From Paragordius varius (Eukaryota > Animalia > Nematomorpha), in NCBI GenBank assembly GCA_964247055.1, contig OZ176057.1:4588001-4652000 (forward strand): a DNA stretch of 64,000 bases, written 5' to 3'. The notes below the pieces were generated by a model, which did not search any database, was not told the origin of the DNA, and was given only the letters and a program-made list of their open reading frames with translations. Below, piece by piece: positions 14,701 to 26,334 of the stretch. Numbering within the stretch: the first letter of the stretch is position 1; every line of letters starts with the position of its first letter. The translations under genes were made by a program, and so were the position numbers.

Positions 14701-16013
14701 CTTTAAAAACAAATAAATACGGTATTTTGCAAAAATGTTGTAAAATAAAAATGGTGTAGAAGTAGTTTGATATGGAACTTTTTTTTCAAATCCAAATTTC
14801 ATTTAAATATTTCAGCTTTTTTAGTTAATATTTATTAGGAGAGAAGCAGAAATTTAAATTAAGACTTTTTCCATCAGTAGTTTATAAAAATTTTTAACTT
14901 AAATACAGTCTGGGGTATTTAGATACCCCAAACGGAATCGAGTGTTAAACAAATTAAAAAAAATCTAATGTTTCCGGCATCCTTAAAAAATTTAAAATAA
15001 TTTATTTCATTCAAGCATGTCTAAAATGCTGCCCTGCAAAAATTTTGTACACCAAACACAAAATTATATAATCGAAAAAATTGACATTCATTTACAAAAT
15101 CCAAGTAAGATTAATATTTTTTATATTCAAGTCTACATACAAATTTTGCCAATGAAATGGGGTAAAATGCTAGAAAAAATGCATCTTTTTATTATGATTA
15201 CGTGAGACTTTTTTGTACGTTTTAAATTATTTTAAATTATTTCTTAATACTCGTATATCGGCCCGTTAAACTATTAAGTCAGCGGCCCCTGCTTTTTTAT
15301 TTAAGTTCCGATTCTAAAAAACGTAGTTTTGATTAAACTTTTTTTTGTTTCTGGAAAATTACAAAAAAAAACCTTAAAAATGTTTCCATATGGATTTGAG
15401 TGTTTTGATGAAATTTGCCTCCGACTTCTTGTAAATGCAAAGCAAAAACATGCGGTTTATATTCTAATATTTTCTAAAATATAATGATTATATCATCTAT
15501 ATATATATTAAATATATTATATAAACTAATGAAATCTGCAATGAAATATGTAAACTATTCAAATTTGAGAATTTTTAATTATTATTAACATTAATTGTGA
15601 TTGGAATTATAGATTTTTTGCTTTGTATAATAAAATCTTATGTAAAAAAAATTATATTAAAAATAAAAAAAAAGATTAAATAATTTTTATAAGATTATCG
15701 GAAAATGTTTAGTAAGGTGACCCATTAAACGAAAATTTGCAACTGTTGCATCTAAAACACAAAATACTTTGTAAAAATTATATTTAAAACTAAATTATTT
15801 TTTTACACGATAATTAAATTTAGAGTTAATACCTGGTTTAAGGCACCAAACCAATTTTTCATTAATGATGGCTAAATAGAAAAAGAATTAATTAAATTTT
15901 TTATAATAAAAAATACATCTAAATAAAATGTTTGAAAAAAAAAACAAAAAGTGTTAAAATTTTACATATTCGAATATAGATCCAACATTAGCCGTTATCA
16001 ACAAAAATTTCAT
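981..16013 (-). CDS. INPP5A: Type I inositol 1,4,5-trisphosphate 5-phosphatase (INPP5A-like), 14 exons in window, 3' end beyond window start
   Basis: Manually spliced GT-AG exons join in frame and give INPP5A-family motifs: LITANVGS, KPHVFALHLQEVGGK, ALGNIYFFH, KFPISYFPD, KWSRKGF..NLHLFHDASN, SPSIY..R.KAL, FGDFNFRLD, ELPITFCP. The C-terminal YPY/PAWCDR/GDHKPV exons are not in the window. Confidence 0.93.
1868..1948 (-). CDS. INPP5A: INPP5A exon 13 (IQIDTKIFNIQPNEEEIFHFTFTKNKW)
   Basis: 81 nt, phase 0-0, aligns by eye to the LQLEKKLF..EVF region. Confidence 0.8.
2235..3343. mobile_element. Third CCATTT-ended element with about 21-bp CCAGTCAATAAAAAC repeats; contains a nested family A copy
   Basis: Left TA|CCATTTCC + 4 repeat units; right inverted ATTGACTG/ATTGCCTGG...GGAAAATGG. 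Confidence 0.65.
3499..3626 (-). CDS. INPP5A: INPP5A exon 12, variable region (YISQTKMGGSNQ...HFSKKYL)
   Basis: 128 nt, phase 1-0, donor gtatcg; acceptor position uncertain. Confidence 0.55.
3946..4415. mobile_element. Family A foldback MITE (TA|CCATTTAC ends; 21-bp subterminal repeats TTCACCCTTGAACAATTCAAA), here with about 13 tandem units in the right arm
   Basis: TIR CCATTTAC...GTAAATGG. Other copies approx. 463-853, 2411-2725, 6055-6310, 6834-7070, 7880-8165, 13310-13630, 13840-14105, 28147-28426, 28750-29028, 39205-39563, 58192-58468, 58540-58745. Confidence 0.88.
4420..5259 (-). mobile_element. 5'-truncated RTE-clade LINE (PHD-like finger plus RT C-terminus), one nonsense codon, (TGGA)n tail, 12-bp TSD
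   Basis: CPVC..CTKCRNWVHKKC..CTPC, FPYLG, RPAMTYATETW, RLRYYGHIQR, GRPKLTW. In-frame TGA at 4919-4921. TAAATGGTATAT at 4408-4419 and 5260-5271. Confidence 0.92.
5293..5455 (-). CDS. INPP5A: INPP5A exon 11, variable region (KLMETHQDY...SGPNAAE)
   Basis: tttag/gtaata, 163 nt open, phase 0-1 fits the neighbours; little recognisable homology. Confidence 0.65.
6682..6781 (-). CDS. INPP5A: INPP5A exon 10 (IKQNLSHHQNAEKVLLYAFGDFNFRLDLRLFVE)
   Basis: 100 nt, phase 2-0, GDFNFRLD motif; inside ORF-track 6625..6837. Confidence 0.95.
7267..7322 (-). CDS. INPP5A: INPP5A exon 9 (SPSIYAECRNKALSWCLH)
   Basis: poly-T ctctag / gtaatt, 56 nt, phase 0-2. Confidence 0.92.
8311..8427 (-). CDS. INPP5A: INPP5A exon 8 (EKWSRKGFCLTHWSIGDKQISLLNLHLFHDASNITAFQK)
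   Basis: 117 nt, phase 0-0, diagnostic KWSRKGF and HLFHDASN. Confidence 0.95.
9022..9212. mobile_element. Family C palindromic MITE (CAGTRTRCATTTTA(G/A)(G/T)GGTT(G)CTTA...CACTATA)
   Basis: Near whole-length inverted symmetry, TA flanks; other copies approx. 8521-8690, 11443-11533, 12835-12993, 55119-55300. Confidence 0.85.
10762..10845 (-). CDS. INPP5A: INPP5A exon 7 (IFRCNENNRSIDVPYVFRKKFPISYFPD)
   Basis: 84 nt, donor gtaaga, KFP..YFP motif. Confidence 0.9.
11701..11738 (-). CDS. INPP5A: INPP5A exon 6 (THKYESLLNAGNL)
   Basis: 38 nt, phase 1-0; bridges the phases of exons 5 and 7; weak homology. Confidence 0.7.
12241..12307 (-). CDS. INPP5A: INPP5A exon 5 (ALGNIYFFHNSIANSFQIYNFS)
   Basis: ttttgcag/gtaatt, 67 nt, phase 0-1. 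Confidence 0.92.
13094..13202 (-). CDS. INPP5A: INPP5A exon 4 (YISIENEDNHLIECLKEYESSFIFADEDYGFDDTFT)
   Basis: 109 nt, phase 2-0, KEY..DE.Y..FT pattern. Confidence 0.88.
15373..15473 (-). CDS. INPP5A: INPP5A exon 3 (KILEYKPHVFALHLQEVGGKFHQNTQIHMETFL)
   Basis: 101 nt, phase 0-2, catalytic QE motif. Confidence 0.92.
15833..15871 (-). CDS. INPP5A: INPP5A exon 2 (PSLMKNWFGALNQ)
   Basis: tttag/gtatta, 39 nt, phase 0-0. Confidence 0.88.
15966..16013 (-). CDS. INPP5A: INPP5A exon 1 (MKFLLITANVGSIFEY)
   Basis: ATG at 16013, 48 nt, donor gtaaa; TANVGS motif. Confidence 0.92.
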
Positions 16014-16449
16014 TTAATTTTTTTTAAATTTACGGGTTCACATGATACCAACATATAAATATTATCATATGTAAGATTAAACAGCCGTTTGTGAAAAATA
16101 TTTTAGGGTATCTACATAAAATCTAAATAAATTAAAAAAGTTATTTTCGGTGATTGTCCTTTGGGTGCTTACAAAATATATTAAATATATATTTTTATAC
16201 ATTATCCACAAAAAAATATCCTGATATATACATGATTCGATAAGAAAATGTATCAGTATATCATAGTGCCTTTGGTATTGGCCCTTACAGATCATTTAAG
16301 TTATTTAAACTTTTGTGGTAATTCCGTATCAATTGCAATGCATTATATGTTAGACTTATTTGGTGAAAGCCATGTAGGATTCCAAAAATTATCACCAAAA
16401 TATATCATAAACAACATTTAGAAGCACAACAAAATTCTATGAAAATGAT

Positions 16450-16620
16450 ATTTTTATAATTGATGAATATATTCTGAAAAGTATGAGGGAAAGAGGACGC
16501 CTTAAAACGCGATGGATAGATACGCTTAATAGGGACATGGAATTGAACCTGAAACGCCCGGACGCCCTAAACAGGGTTCTATGGCTAAAGAGTTTACTGG
16601 TATGACCGCTCGAAAGAGTA
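16450..16620 (+). mobile_element. Decayed RTE LINE 3' fragment
   Basis: Reads approximately EGKR...KTRWIDTLNRDM...DALNRVLW, a typical RTE C-terminus. Confidence 0.7.
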
Positions 16621-16869
16621 TTATCATATAATGTAGTTATTATTATATGTAAACTCCGAAAGTCACATTTCTTTCTAAAATGGGCTAATTCTCTTAACAT
16701 AAACCCATACATTCTGCGATTGCGCTATAAAAATTTTGAATATATGCTTAATTTTAATATAAATTATATTTTTAGAAAATGCATATTTTAAAAATTTAAT
16801 TAATATATAAATTGTGTTTTTTACAAAAATTCACCAAAATTTTAATGAATACAAAGTCGTTAAGTTTAA

Positions 16870-17435
16870 CACTTGGATAAAACACATTTATTTTAATCCT
16901 TCGATTCAAATTGGGGTAGTTAAATGCCCCAGGCCTGTTTAAAATTAAATTCTTTAAAAAATGTGGAAGGAATCGAAACCATTGCAAAATTTTGCACTTA
17001 TATAATATTATTAACCGAAATATATAAGAAATTTTATTCAAAAATACTTGATATATATTTTAAACTAAAACCGAAAGGTAAAAACTTAGTCAATGTGACA
17101 GGTGTGCAATGATAAAATTAAAAAATAATACAAATTAAACCGCTTTTTTCCTATCAATGTTAAATGTAATTAAATAAAAAATTAGCTTTAATTTTACCTT
17201 TAAAATTAATAGATGACGATATTTTGCAAAGATGCAAAATAAAAATGGCGTCGAATTAGTTTGACATGGATCTTTTTTTCAAACCAAAATTTTATTTAGA
17301 TATTTTGGCATATTTATATAATTTTTATTAGGATAGAAGCATAAATTTAAATTGGGACCGTCTTCAGTAGTTTTTTAAAAATCTTAACTCAAATTTAGTC
17401 TGGGGTATTTAGATACCCCAATTTGAATCGAAGTC
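16870..17435 (+). mobile_element. Family D piggyBac-like non-autonomous element (TTAA TSD, about 550-570 bp)
   Basis: TTAA|CACTT...AAGT(G/C)|TTAA with subterminal CGATTCAAATTGGGGTA..TACCCCAG; copies 14380-14944, 24510-25073, 27353-27896, 56820-57312, 62277-62830. Confidence 0.85.
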
Positions 17436-18551
17436 TTAAACTTTGTATTGATAGAAATGTTCATCATAATCGTGTATAAATTAAAGAGTTTTAATTTATT
17501 AAAGCGTTTTTTACCCTTTCATCATAAAAAATATGGAGTAAATTAAATTTTGATAAAAGTATGCATTTTTTAAAAATATTTTTAGTCGATGTCAAAATTT
17601 GCACTATTTATAAAAAACTATCCCATCAATCTTGTTTTTGCATTTATTTTAAGTAAACTAACCCATATTAAAGGGCAAAAATATCGTTTTGGAGCCTACA
17701 TCTAAAAATCAAAATTTTATATAAATACAGTTTTCTATTGAATGTAGATTATAATTTTAGTGAAATTTTTTGTAATGAAGTTCCACGCTTTCATTAAACA
17801 TTGTTTAAAAAAATGTGTGAAAAGCGCCATAATAAATCCTGATATATTTTCCTAGAATATATATATTATATCAGGATATTTTTTGTGGACATTGTATACA
17901 TGATATATTATGGTACAAAATATATTTAATACAATTATTTTTATTTTATAGTTCAGTTCATGGTATTAGAATAGGAAGCGGTTTAAACAGGCTATTATAT
18001 AAACATTTTTTATAAAATTAATGATGCTAAACATTTCTTCTACCTTAGAATTTTGATTCGAAAATTCATTAGCCTCAAACGTAGAGGCTTCCGAAGTTCA
18101 AGTCGAAAAATTAAAATTTTATAAAAATTTATATTAATTTCAAATATAGCATATCATATAATATTATATGTTGGATAATCATTTAGTTTTATCAAAAAAT
18201 ATTTAACATAACTAACACTGCGTACTGAATCGAGCCTTAAAAAATATGCTGATGAAATATTTATTATAAATAAATGTATTATGATTATTAGTCATTTCAA
18301 AATACATTAATAATATATATCACGTACTATATATAAAACGCAAAACCATGTTTTATGTTTAGATAGGGCCCCCAGGTGTCTTAATTTTTTTCCCCTCTCA
18401 AACAAATTTTTTAAAACAAAAGAAACCGAGAATTTGAGATAAAAATGTTAGATTATAATATCAAAAAAAATTATTTAAAAAAATGCATTCTTTGTTAAAA
18501 AAATAATTTTTCAAAACAGCGGATGGTTAAAACGGTATAAACACTTTAAGA

Positions 18552-18784
18552 CAGTGGTTGTCAAAAGGGGGGCAGCGCCCCCAACGAAGGGCATAGAAAA
18601 ATTTAGAAGGGGCCGGGTTAGGTAAATAATGAAGATATCAGGTGTAAATTATCAAGATTTGTCACCTACAATATCAATGATTAGGATTTTAGTAATATAA
18701 ATTTATTTTTATCTTTGTTTTTTTAAGGGGGAGCAAGAATTATATTTTTTTGGTGGGGCGTGAACATAAAAAGGATGGGAACTG
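18552..18784 (+). mobile_element. hAT (Charlie/Buster-like) MITE with perfect 8-bp TSD CTTTAAGA
   Basis: CAGTGGTT left end, GGGAACTG right end, identical 8-mer on both sides. Confidence 0.82.
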
Positions 18785-19955
18785 CTTTAAGAAATTACAA
18801 AAACATTTTTTCCTCATTCAATGATGCTAATCCTTTTTTTTCACCTCAAAATATTGTGTTATTTATTACTTGAGCAATTTTAAATACCAATGTCTTAAAA
18901 AGTATTTGATCTATTGGGCCATTTATACGGGATTTCGACTTTAGCCCATAACTATGAAATATTCTATAAAAAATGCAAAATTTTTATCCATATCTCAAAT
19001 TTTTTTTTAAACATATGATACAACAGGCAAATAAATTATATTATGGTTAAATCTAAATAATCAACTTAAGAAAGCTTGTCATTTAGATTTTAACAGCAAA
19101 TCTATAATATCTAAAGATTTTTATATCAGCTGCTTGTTTCAATCACGTTTTGTCGCTATCTCCATTTTAGACTCGTTATAAAACTGTAAATTATAAGCTT
19201 TTTTCATATAATATTTTAGATTAATGTTAGATAATTAAATTTTCGCCAATACAACTTTCAAAACAGTAGTTTCTTTACAGGTTTCCCAAAATATAATCGC
19301 CTATAAAAAATTAAATTATAGGGATGAGTTAATGACGGATTATGCAGACATTATGGGCGGCTATTATTCGATATATTTAAACCGATATGCTTCCCATATA
19401 AATAATCGATAAATACTTAAATTTTATAATTTTTACCAATTTCTATATGTTTACATATTTGTTTTAGCTAATTATCCTAAATCTTTGAAATTCATTATGC
19501 ATTAAAAACATGTATAAAATTTGATTATCATTTTCACTAATTTCCAATATTTTTATTACATTAATCTCACATTTATACGATCGTTTGATCAATTTTTTGG
19601 CGAATTCAACTTAGAAATATAAAATATGTTAGATATATAAATATTACACAATAATTATATATCATACTTTACATTTTAATCAATTTTTCATATATCAAAT
19701 TGGCTTTTAAAATGGATTACTCATCCAAATATATATATATATATATATATATATTAATTCGCACTTTTATTAACTTAATATTTTCTTATGCAATAATTGA
19801 TAAATAATTAACAGTTATGTGGCTAATTAATTATCCAATAAAATATAAAAAGATTCAAAAACTAAAGGAATTTTGTGGCATCTAGCCTTGAAAGTTTTTT
19901 TATATTGAATTTTGATTATCTATAATTATATGTTCCCTAATCCAACATATTTGAT

Positions 19956-22283
19956 ATGATTAATAATAACAATAGTCATTATTGTGTGTTAAAGGAAGGC
20001 ACAATTGACCATTATATTTCGGTTGAAAACGCTCTTAAAATTTTTAAGGACTCTAAATACCGTTATGGACAGTTTTCGTATCCTAATAATATCATGCTTG
20101 ACAAAGACACCAATAGTATAGCCAACAATACTGTAATAACAGGAAACAATACGCATTCAACTCTTACATTAATCTTGTATGAATTTGCCTTCATATTTCG
20201 ACGTCAAAGGTCACGCAATATTCATTGTGTAGCGATTCCCATCTTAACGTTTTTGGGTATATGTGTAAATGTTTTAGCCCTCTTATTTCTGTGTTGGACA
20301 TACCATCACATACACCGTCGCCAAAAACCAAAAGGGAGTCTAGGCATACGACCCGATATAATTCCTGAGCAAAGGCACACGGAAACTGCAAATGGAAGCC
20401 CTCAAGTTGATTCAGGACACATTTTTTCAAAGTTGTGTTTTCGGCTCAGAAATGTTTTGTTTGAAACGCAAAAATGGTATGACATGCTTAAACAAACATT
20501 GGATCATAAATGGCAAGAATTAGAGAATATCATTGAAACATACTTGAATCGTTTCCCGCGTTTCCTAAAGGTACGATCTTGGCTAAATTCCAAATTGATT
20601 AGGTTTAGCCAATTCATGTATTCCCAAAGGGATCAAAAAACACCCAATTATCATTTGACCATTATTATGATGTTGTGTTTTGCCAACATACTACTTCAAA
20701 CAATTGTTCTTAGTCGTAATACCATTGAATGCATGGCTAACCATCCATTTTACTATGGGTTTACAGAGGAGAGAAAGCCCTCATCGATTACAAATACGTC
20801 TAATTTGACCAGTCAAGAAAAAATAAAAAAGTTTGCTAAAATCCAATTAGAAATTAAAGAAATTAGTAATGACTTTGATGTATTCACCACACCGGCAACA
20901 TTTGGTCATACATCTACTACGACAACAAATATGCAGACACCTGTATCAAATATATCACCCTATATAACAAAAAGCATCATAAAGGAAACTTTTCCTTTGA
21001 ACGATTCAAATTCAGATAAGGAGTTAAAAACGTCGGAAAGCGCAGAAATTGCTTGGAACCTAATTTTGGTTCCTCGAGAGTCATTTAGGATCAAAGCTTT
21101 TAGACTCTATCTCTCACGGTCTTGGAATGTCTACATGGGCTCTTTCATTTTCCCACTATTTTTTGGTCTGATCTCCTTTATCTATTGGCTCACGTTTGCT
21201 TATACATTGAACCGTTATCTTTCGGCCTGTTATCCCAACGAATATCATTATTGGTGTAATAAAGAGGGGACCTTGGCCCTTATAAGCATAAGTGTAGGTA
21301 TATCTGCCATTCTTTATTTCCCAGTAACGTATAATTTTCGTTTAGTTGAGGTAGTTGTTAATTTAAGTTCTCAGCTGTTAGCATGTATGCTAGATGTCAT
21401 ATTTGTTAGACAGCCGTATACATTGTCAGACAAGAGAACAACATTAACATTTTACTCCATTACCAAACGGATCATAAGACACAAACAACGTTTATTGGGT
21501 TATGAAATAGCTCGGGAGTGTCTTAGTAAAGGGATACCCTTTCTCATTACGCTACATATGTTACGGGCCTTATGGCTAAGATATCGAAAAAGTCGCACAA
21601 ACCTCACTCACCCATTATGTCTGGATGATTATGTCAATTTTAGTGCCAAACACTCTCCAGAAACTAAATATTCACCAAAAGCTTTTCATTCCTCCGAAAA
21701 ACCTAACATGCTAAGTGTATCGCAGTTTTCACTGTTAAAAAATCGGTTCTTTTTGTCTGAAGACAAAAAAAATGCAAGTACGTCTCAAGGAAAAAACCAA
21801 AACCCCTCTCCCATATTACCCAAAATTATCAATACAAATGTGGATGATGGCGTAGTTGAAAAAGTATTCATTCCGAATTCCCTGGGCCAACCCGTGAAAC
21901 AATCTACACGCTTTTCAGCCATACCAACATTGTATACTAAAAATTCGTTATTTTCAAAACAAAGCCATATCTCTGAGAACAAATTAGAACACAATAAAAA
22001 CCCAGAAATAAAGTCATCTCCTAGCTTAAGTAATATAAGTCAATGGTTAGTTTACCTGTATGCTACTGATTTCCTAACTACACTCATATTTTGTTTGTGT
22101 AATGTTGTATTTGCGTTTCCCATATCAATTCTACAGTTTACAACAAAATACTGGCATAATCGAATATTTTCGGAAAATGCAATGTATATCACTAGTATAA
22201 CTCAAATTCTTGCTGTGTTATATACTATTTTGCCATTTCTTTTGATTTGGATCGTTTCTCTCATTATAAATAAACTTTCATGA
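19956..22283 (+). CDS. Intronless 775-aa orphan class A (rhodopsin-like) GPCR, peptide-receptor-like, with long loops
   Basis: Seven hydrophobic segments. TM1 LGICVN, TM2 LCFANI, TM3 ending TLNRYLSACYP (DRY-equivalent), TM4 Pro (YFP), TM5 IPF, TM6 F..P, TM7 ILPF. N-terminal NxS/T sequons. Confidence 0.85.
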   Translation: MINNNNSHYCVLKEGTIDHYISVENALKIFKDSKYRYGQFSYPNNIMLDKDTNSIANNTVITGNNTHSTLTLILYEFAFIFRRQRSRNIHCVAIPILTFLGICVNVLALLFLCWTYHHIHRRQKPKGSLGIRPDIIPEQRHTETANGSPQVDSGHIFSKLCFRLRNVLFETQKWYDMLKQTLDHKWQELENIIETYLNRFPRFLKVRSWLNSKLIRFSQFMYSQRDQKTPNYHLTIIMMLCFANILLQTIVLSRNTIECMANHPFYYGFTEERKPSSITNTSNLTSQEKIKKFAKIQLEIKEISNDFDVFTTPATFGHTSTTTTNMQTPVSNISPYITKSIIKETFPLNDSNSDKELKTSESAEIAWNLILVPRESFRIKAFRLYLSRSWNVYMGSFIFPLFFGLISFIYWLTFAYTLNRYLSACYPNEYHYWCNKEGTLALISISVGISAILYFPVTYNFRLVEVVVNLSSQLLACMLDVIFVRQPYTLSDKRTTLTFYSITKRIIRHKQRLLGYEIARECLSKGIPFLITLHMLRALWLRYRKSRTNLTHPLCLDDYVNFSAKHSPETKYSPKAFHSSEKPNMLSVSQFSLLKNRFFLSEDKKNASTSQGKNQNPSPILPKIINTNVDDGVVEKVFIPNSLGQPVKQSTRFSAIPTLYTKNSLFSKQSHISENKLEHNKNPEIKSSPSLSNISQWLVYLYATDFLTTLIFCLCNVVFAFPISILQFTTKYWHNRIFSENAMYITSITQILAVLYTILPFLLIWIVSLIINKLS

Positions 22284-22323
22284 AGCCAATAAACGTCCTA
22301 CAGAGCTATATTTAATTTTGCTA

Positions 22324-23087
22324 CAGTAGCGTATGCAGTAAAAGATTGGTAGTGCAAAATAATCTTAATGAACACAAAACAGGGGGATATTATGGATATG
22401 TTTATAAATAGGACTGAATGATAATATATGAAAATTGAGGACATTTGGTCGGCACATTTGGTATTGAAAATCTAATACAGATGTTTTTTATTGAAAATTT
22501 ATTAAATGTTTATGAATACTCAGAGGCAAATGAAGCCACAATACCAAATATTCAACAAACTTCTAGAAATGTATTACAGGATATATCCAATTAAGATAAC
22601 GTTACTAGAAGATTAGATGTTGTGAAAACTACAAAAAATTAAGAAATCTAATAGTTTAGCAGTTAATAAGAGGTTAATAAATAATATAAGCAATGCATTT
22701 AACAAGTAAACTTAGGTAATTTATTTTTAACAAAAAACCCTAAATTTTAAAAATATTTTAATTTTTCACCTCATGCTTATTCAGTTTTAAATTGATCGAG
22801 AAAAGCAAGTAATAATTTAAATAAAGATCTTGTAGAATATCTAATTGTAGTTGTATACATTTCCATAAATTAAATCACAAAAATTAATATTTTTTTTTAT
22901 AAGAAATCTGGGAAATAATGTTTCACTAATATTTTTACAATTTTTCATCGCAATTTTACAAAAAATGCGCATTTTTACATATACCAAGATTGTCCCCTGA
23001 TTTTGTCTACACTATCCATAATATCCCCCTGTTTTGTGTTCATTAAGATTATTTTGCACTAACAATCTTTTACTGCATACGCTACTG
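22324..23087. mobile_element. Young TA-flanked element with about 75-bp near-perfect TIRs (CAGTAGCGTATGCAGTAAAAGATTG...)
   Basis: One mismatch seen in about 75 bp; TA on both sides; no intact ORF. Confidence 0.85.
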
Positions 23088-23656
23088 TATATAAATTTTT
23101 TACAGAATGCACATGTTGGCCATTCCACAAAATATTATATAATAATTCAATAATACAGTAGTGTATGGTTTATAATAACATATGGTTAAAATTCAACAAT
23201 TTTATCTTATATTCAATTTCACACTAATTACCTATTCAGACTACAAATCATGAAATAAAGATGTAAGTTGAGAACACATTCATTGATAAATATTGTACAT
23301 TTGTAATTGAATAAATAATATTTAAAAATAAAGTATGGATTCTCTTTTGTAAAAAAAAATGGTGTTTATGAAACTTACGGTTGTGAATGTATAATTATAA
23401 TTTTTATTCTCTCTACCCTACGTTACTGATTAAAATGAACAGTAATGTGAATTGGCTAACATAAATTTTTATATTGTAAACATTGTTGCAAAAAATTTTT
23501 TATCATATGATATCTATTATATTATTATATTTTTTGCGTGCAGAAAATATTGTAATTTATAGAAGTGGAATGATAAAATTTTCAAATTTTTTTGCCATCA
23601 GTTAAAAAATTCCAATTGTCTTACAAAAAATTATTATGTTAAAGTATACATAGTAT

Positions 23657-24406
23657 CCATTTGCACTTCAAGAGTGTCCTTGAATAATTCAAGTTGGTCC
23701 TTGAACATTTCAACTTGGTTGAACAATTCAAGTTGGTCCTTGAACAATTCAAGTTGGTCCTTGAACAATTCAAGTTGGTCCTTAAACAGTTCAAGTTGGT
23801 CCTTGAATAGTTCAAGTTGGTCCTTGTACATTTCAAGTTAATCCTTAAAATTTATAAATTTTGATTTAACCATAATTTTTGTATTTATTTTTTTATTTTA
23901 TTATTTATTAACCTAATTTTCCTTATTTATTATATATTTAATCATTTAAAAATAAATTTTTTTATTTAAAAACCACTTTTTTGTTTCAAAATATTTTTTT
24001 TCAATTGAACAAAATTATTGACTTTTAAATGTTTTTAATGAAAAATTTTAATTAATAACCCAGAAAACTTATATATTTTTTCATTTCGTGTTAGAATCTT
24101 AGAAATATACAAAATAATTTTAAGTAAATTAATAAAGATATACGGTTTATCAAAGATTAAAAGTTGATATTGATTTAAAATTTATGTTAAATAATAGAAA
24201 ATAGGTTAAAAACAATAAAATAGATGAATTATTTATAATTTGATTGATAAAAGTTAAAAACAAAACAAAAAAGTCAAAGGACAAACTTGAATTGTTCAAG
24301 GACCAACTTGAATTGTTTATGGACCAACTTGAACTGTTCAAGGACCAACTTGAAATGTTCAAGGACCAACTTGAAGTGTTCAAGGACACTCTTGAAGTGC
24401 AAATGG
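23657..24406. mobile_element. Family E foldback element (CCATTTGCAC ends; 21-bp repeats GTTGGTCCTTGAACAATTCAA)
   Basis: About 8 units in the left arm and about 5 inverted units in the right. Other copies approx. 12383-12465, 34135-34708, 43706-44130, 60623-61170. Confidence 0.88.
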
Positions 24407-26334
24407 TATATACCATTTACAGCTTAAATTCCTAAAATTAATGATGTTTTTTGAAAATAGAAAATTACCTTTATTTTTATATTTTTTAAAAAAATTTAAT
24501 ATCGTTTAACACTTGAATGCAACACACATTTTAGTCCTTCGATTCAAATTGGGGTAGATGGATACCCCAGCTGTTTAAAATCAAATACTTTATAAAGTAT
24601 GAAAGGAATCGAAACCATGGCAAAATTTTGCACTTATATAACATTAATAAACCAAAATATATAAAAAAATTTATTGAAATATACTTGATATTACTTATTT
24701 TAGGTTAAAACCAAAAGGTAAAAATTTCGTCAAAGTGACATGTGTGAAATATCAAAATTAAAAATTAATACAAAATAAACCGCGTTTTTTATTTTATCAA
24801 TTTTAGATGTAAATAGCTTTAATTTTACTCTTAAAATTAAATGAAGACGATATTTTGCAAAAATTTTGTAAAATAAAGATGGCGTCGAAGTAGTTTGACA
24901 TGGAACATTTTTTCAAAACAAAATTTTATTAATATATTTTGGCATATTTATATATATAATTTTTATTAGGATAGAAGCACAAATTTAAATTGGGACCGTT
25001 TCCTTCAATAGTTTTTTAAAAATTTTAATTTAAATTTAGTCTGGGGTATTTAGATACCCCAATTATCGAAATGTTAATATAATGATAAAACTAAAAAAAT
25101 ATGTCATAAAGAAATCCTTAAAGACAAAATTTATTTTTAAGAGGAATTGAAATTGTTCGAAGGTAAATTAAATTGTTCAATAAATTAGAGGTGTAAATGA
25201 TATATATTTTCAGCTACTCATTATATATTACAAAATTTTAATAAATATATATCATTGATTTATCTTTTAAGAAGTTGATTGTTGTGATTTTATGTTAGGC
25301 ATTAATACAGCAAATAGGCAAAAAATATATTTAATTTTTTAACATGCTTTCCATATCTCTTAAGAAAAATAAGTGTGCAACAGCTGGCGTTTGCCGACCG
25401 AGTTATTAATTAAACCAGGGATATCCACAAATAGCTTTGCGGGACGAATTTTTAGGTGACAAACGAGGGGCCGTTTGAATTATATATGGGCCTTCACAAA
25501 TAATTCTGCAGATTTCACACATAAAACGTTAAAAAGAAAACGGAATGCAGATTTTTCTCGTTCTTCCAATTTGGATAGACTTAGGCAGAAAAAATTGCCC
25601 AGGAATATAAATTTTACCAAAACTTTGTGTATCTGTTTTTTTTCTCAAAATTATGGATTTTAAAATTTAAGCGAGCTACACAGAGGTATATGGAAAACCG
25701 CGAGCTCAGGTAAACAGCTAAAACTTATGGTATCAAATCACACAATATATGTTCCTTATTTTAGTTAAATGTTCAATTTTGATTTTAACATTTTTAGCGT
25801 ATTTTTGGCCCTCATAAATAATGCAAAATTTATGTGAAACATTGGATACAATCAATGGTTTGAATGAGGCATCTGAATTCATTTAATGTGACTTTGATGT
25901 TATACGGTAGAAATTGAAACTATACAGACAAAACGTTGAATTGTTAAGGCAAACAAAATTTTTCCTAAAAGATAACCATACTTGTTAAACTTTAATTTTT
26001 ACGAAAATCATTTAATTCTAATCGTAAAATAGTTTATTACTGATTGTGTTGCCAATAAACCTCTCTAATTTGGAGTTTTAAATGATGAGTTAGTTATATT
26101 TAACAAGATCAACATTAAAAAAGTATGGTTTTCTATAGAAAAAACATTTGCTCTTATTACGTTATGCGCCTATAATTTCATCAATTTTTACTGTAAAATG
26201 GTAGCGTCGTGTTCATATAATAGTTTTGAGAATGTTTTAGACTTATAATTGGTATAAGTGTTCAATTTGAACTTTTTTACGGATAAAATTTTTTACAATT
26301 GTAATTATGTGAGTCCTAAAAATAATCGCCTTAC

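Noticed and set aside
16437-16712. 91-aa minus-strand ORF, and likewise 40548-40781 and 40794-40994
   Set aside because: These are largely antisense or off-frame readings of decayed RTE LINE fragments.
23670-23830. Regularly spaced direct repeats suggesting a CRISPR array
   Set aside because: Units are head-to-tail with no unique spacers, are mirrored in the opposite arm, and lie in a eukaryotic context with no cas genes.
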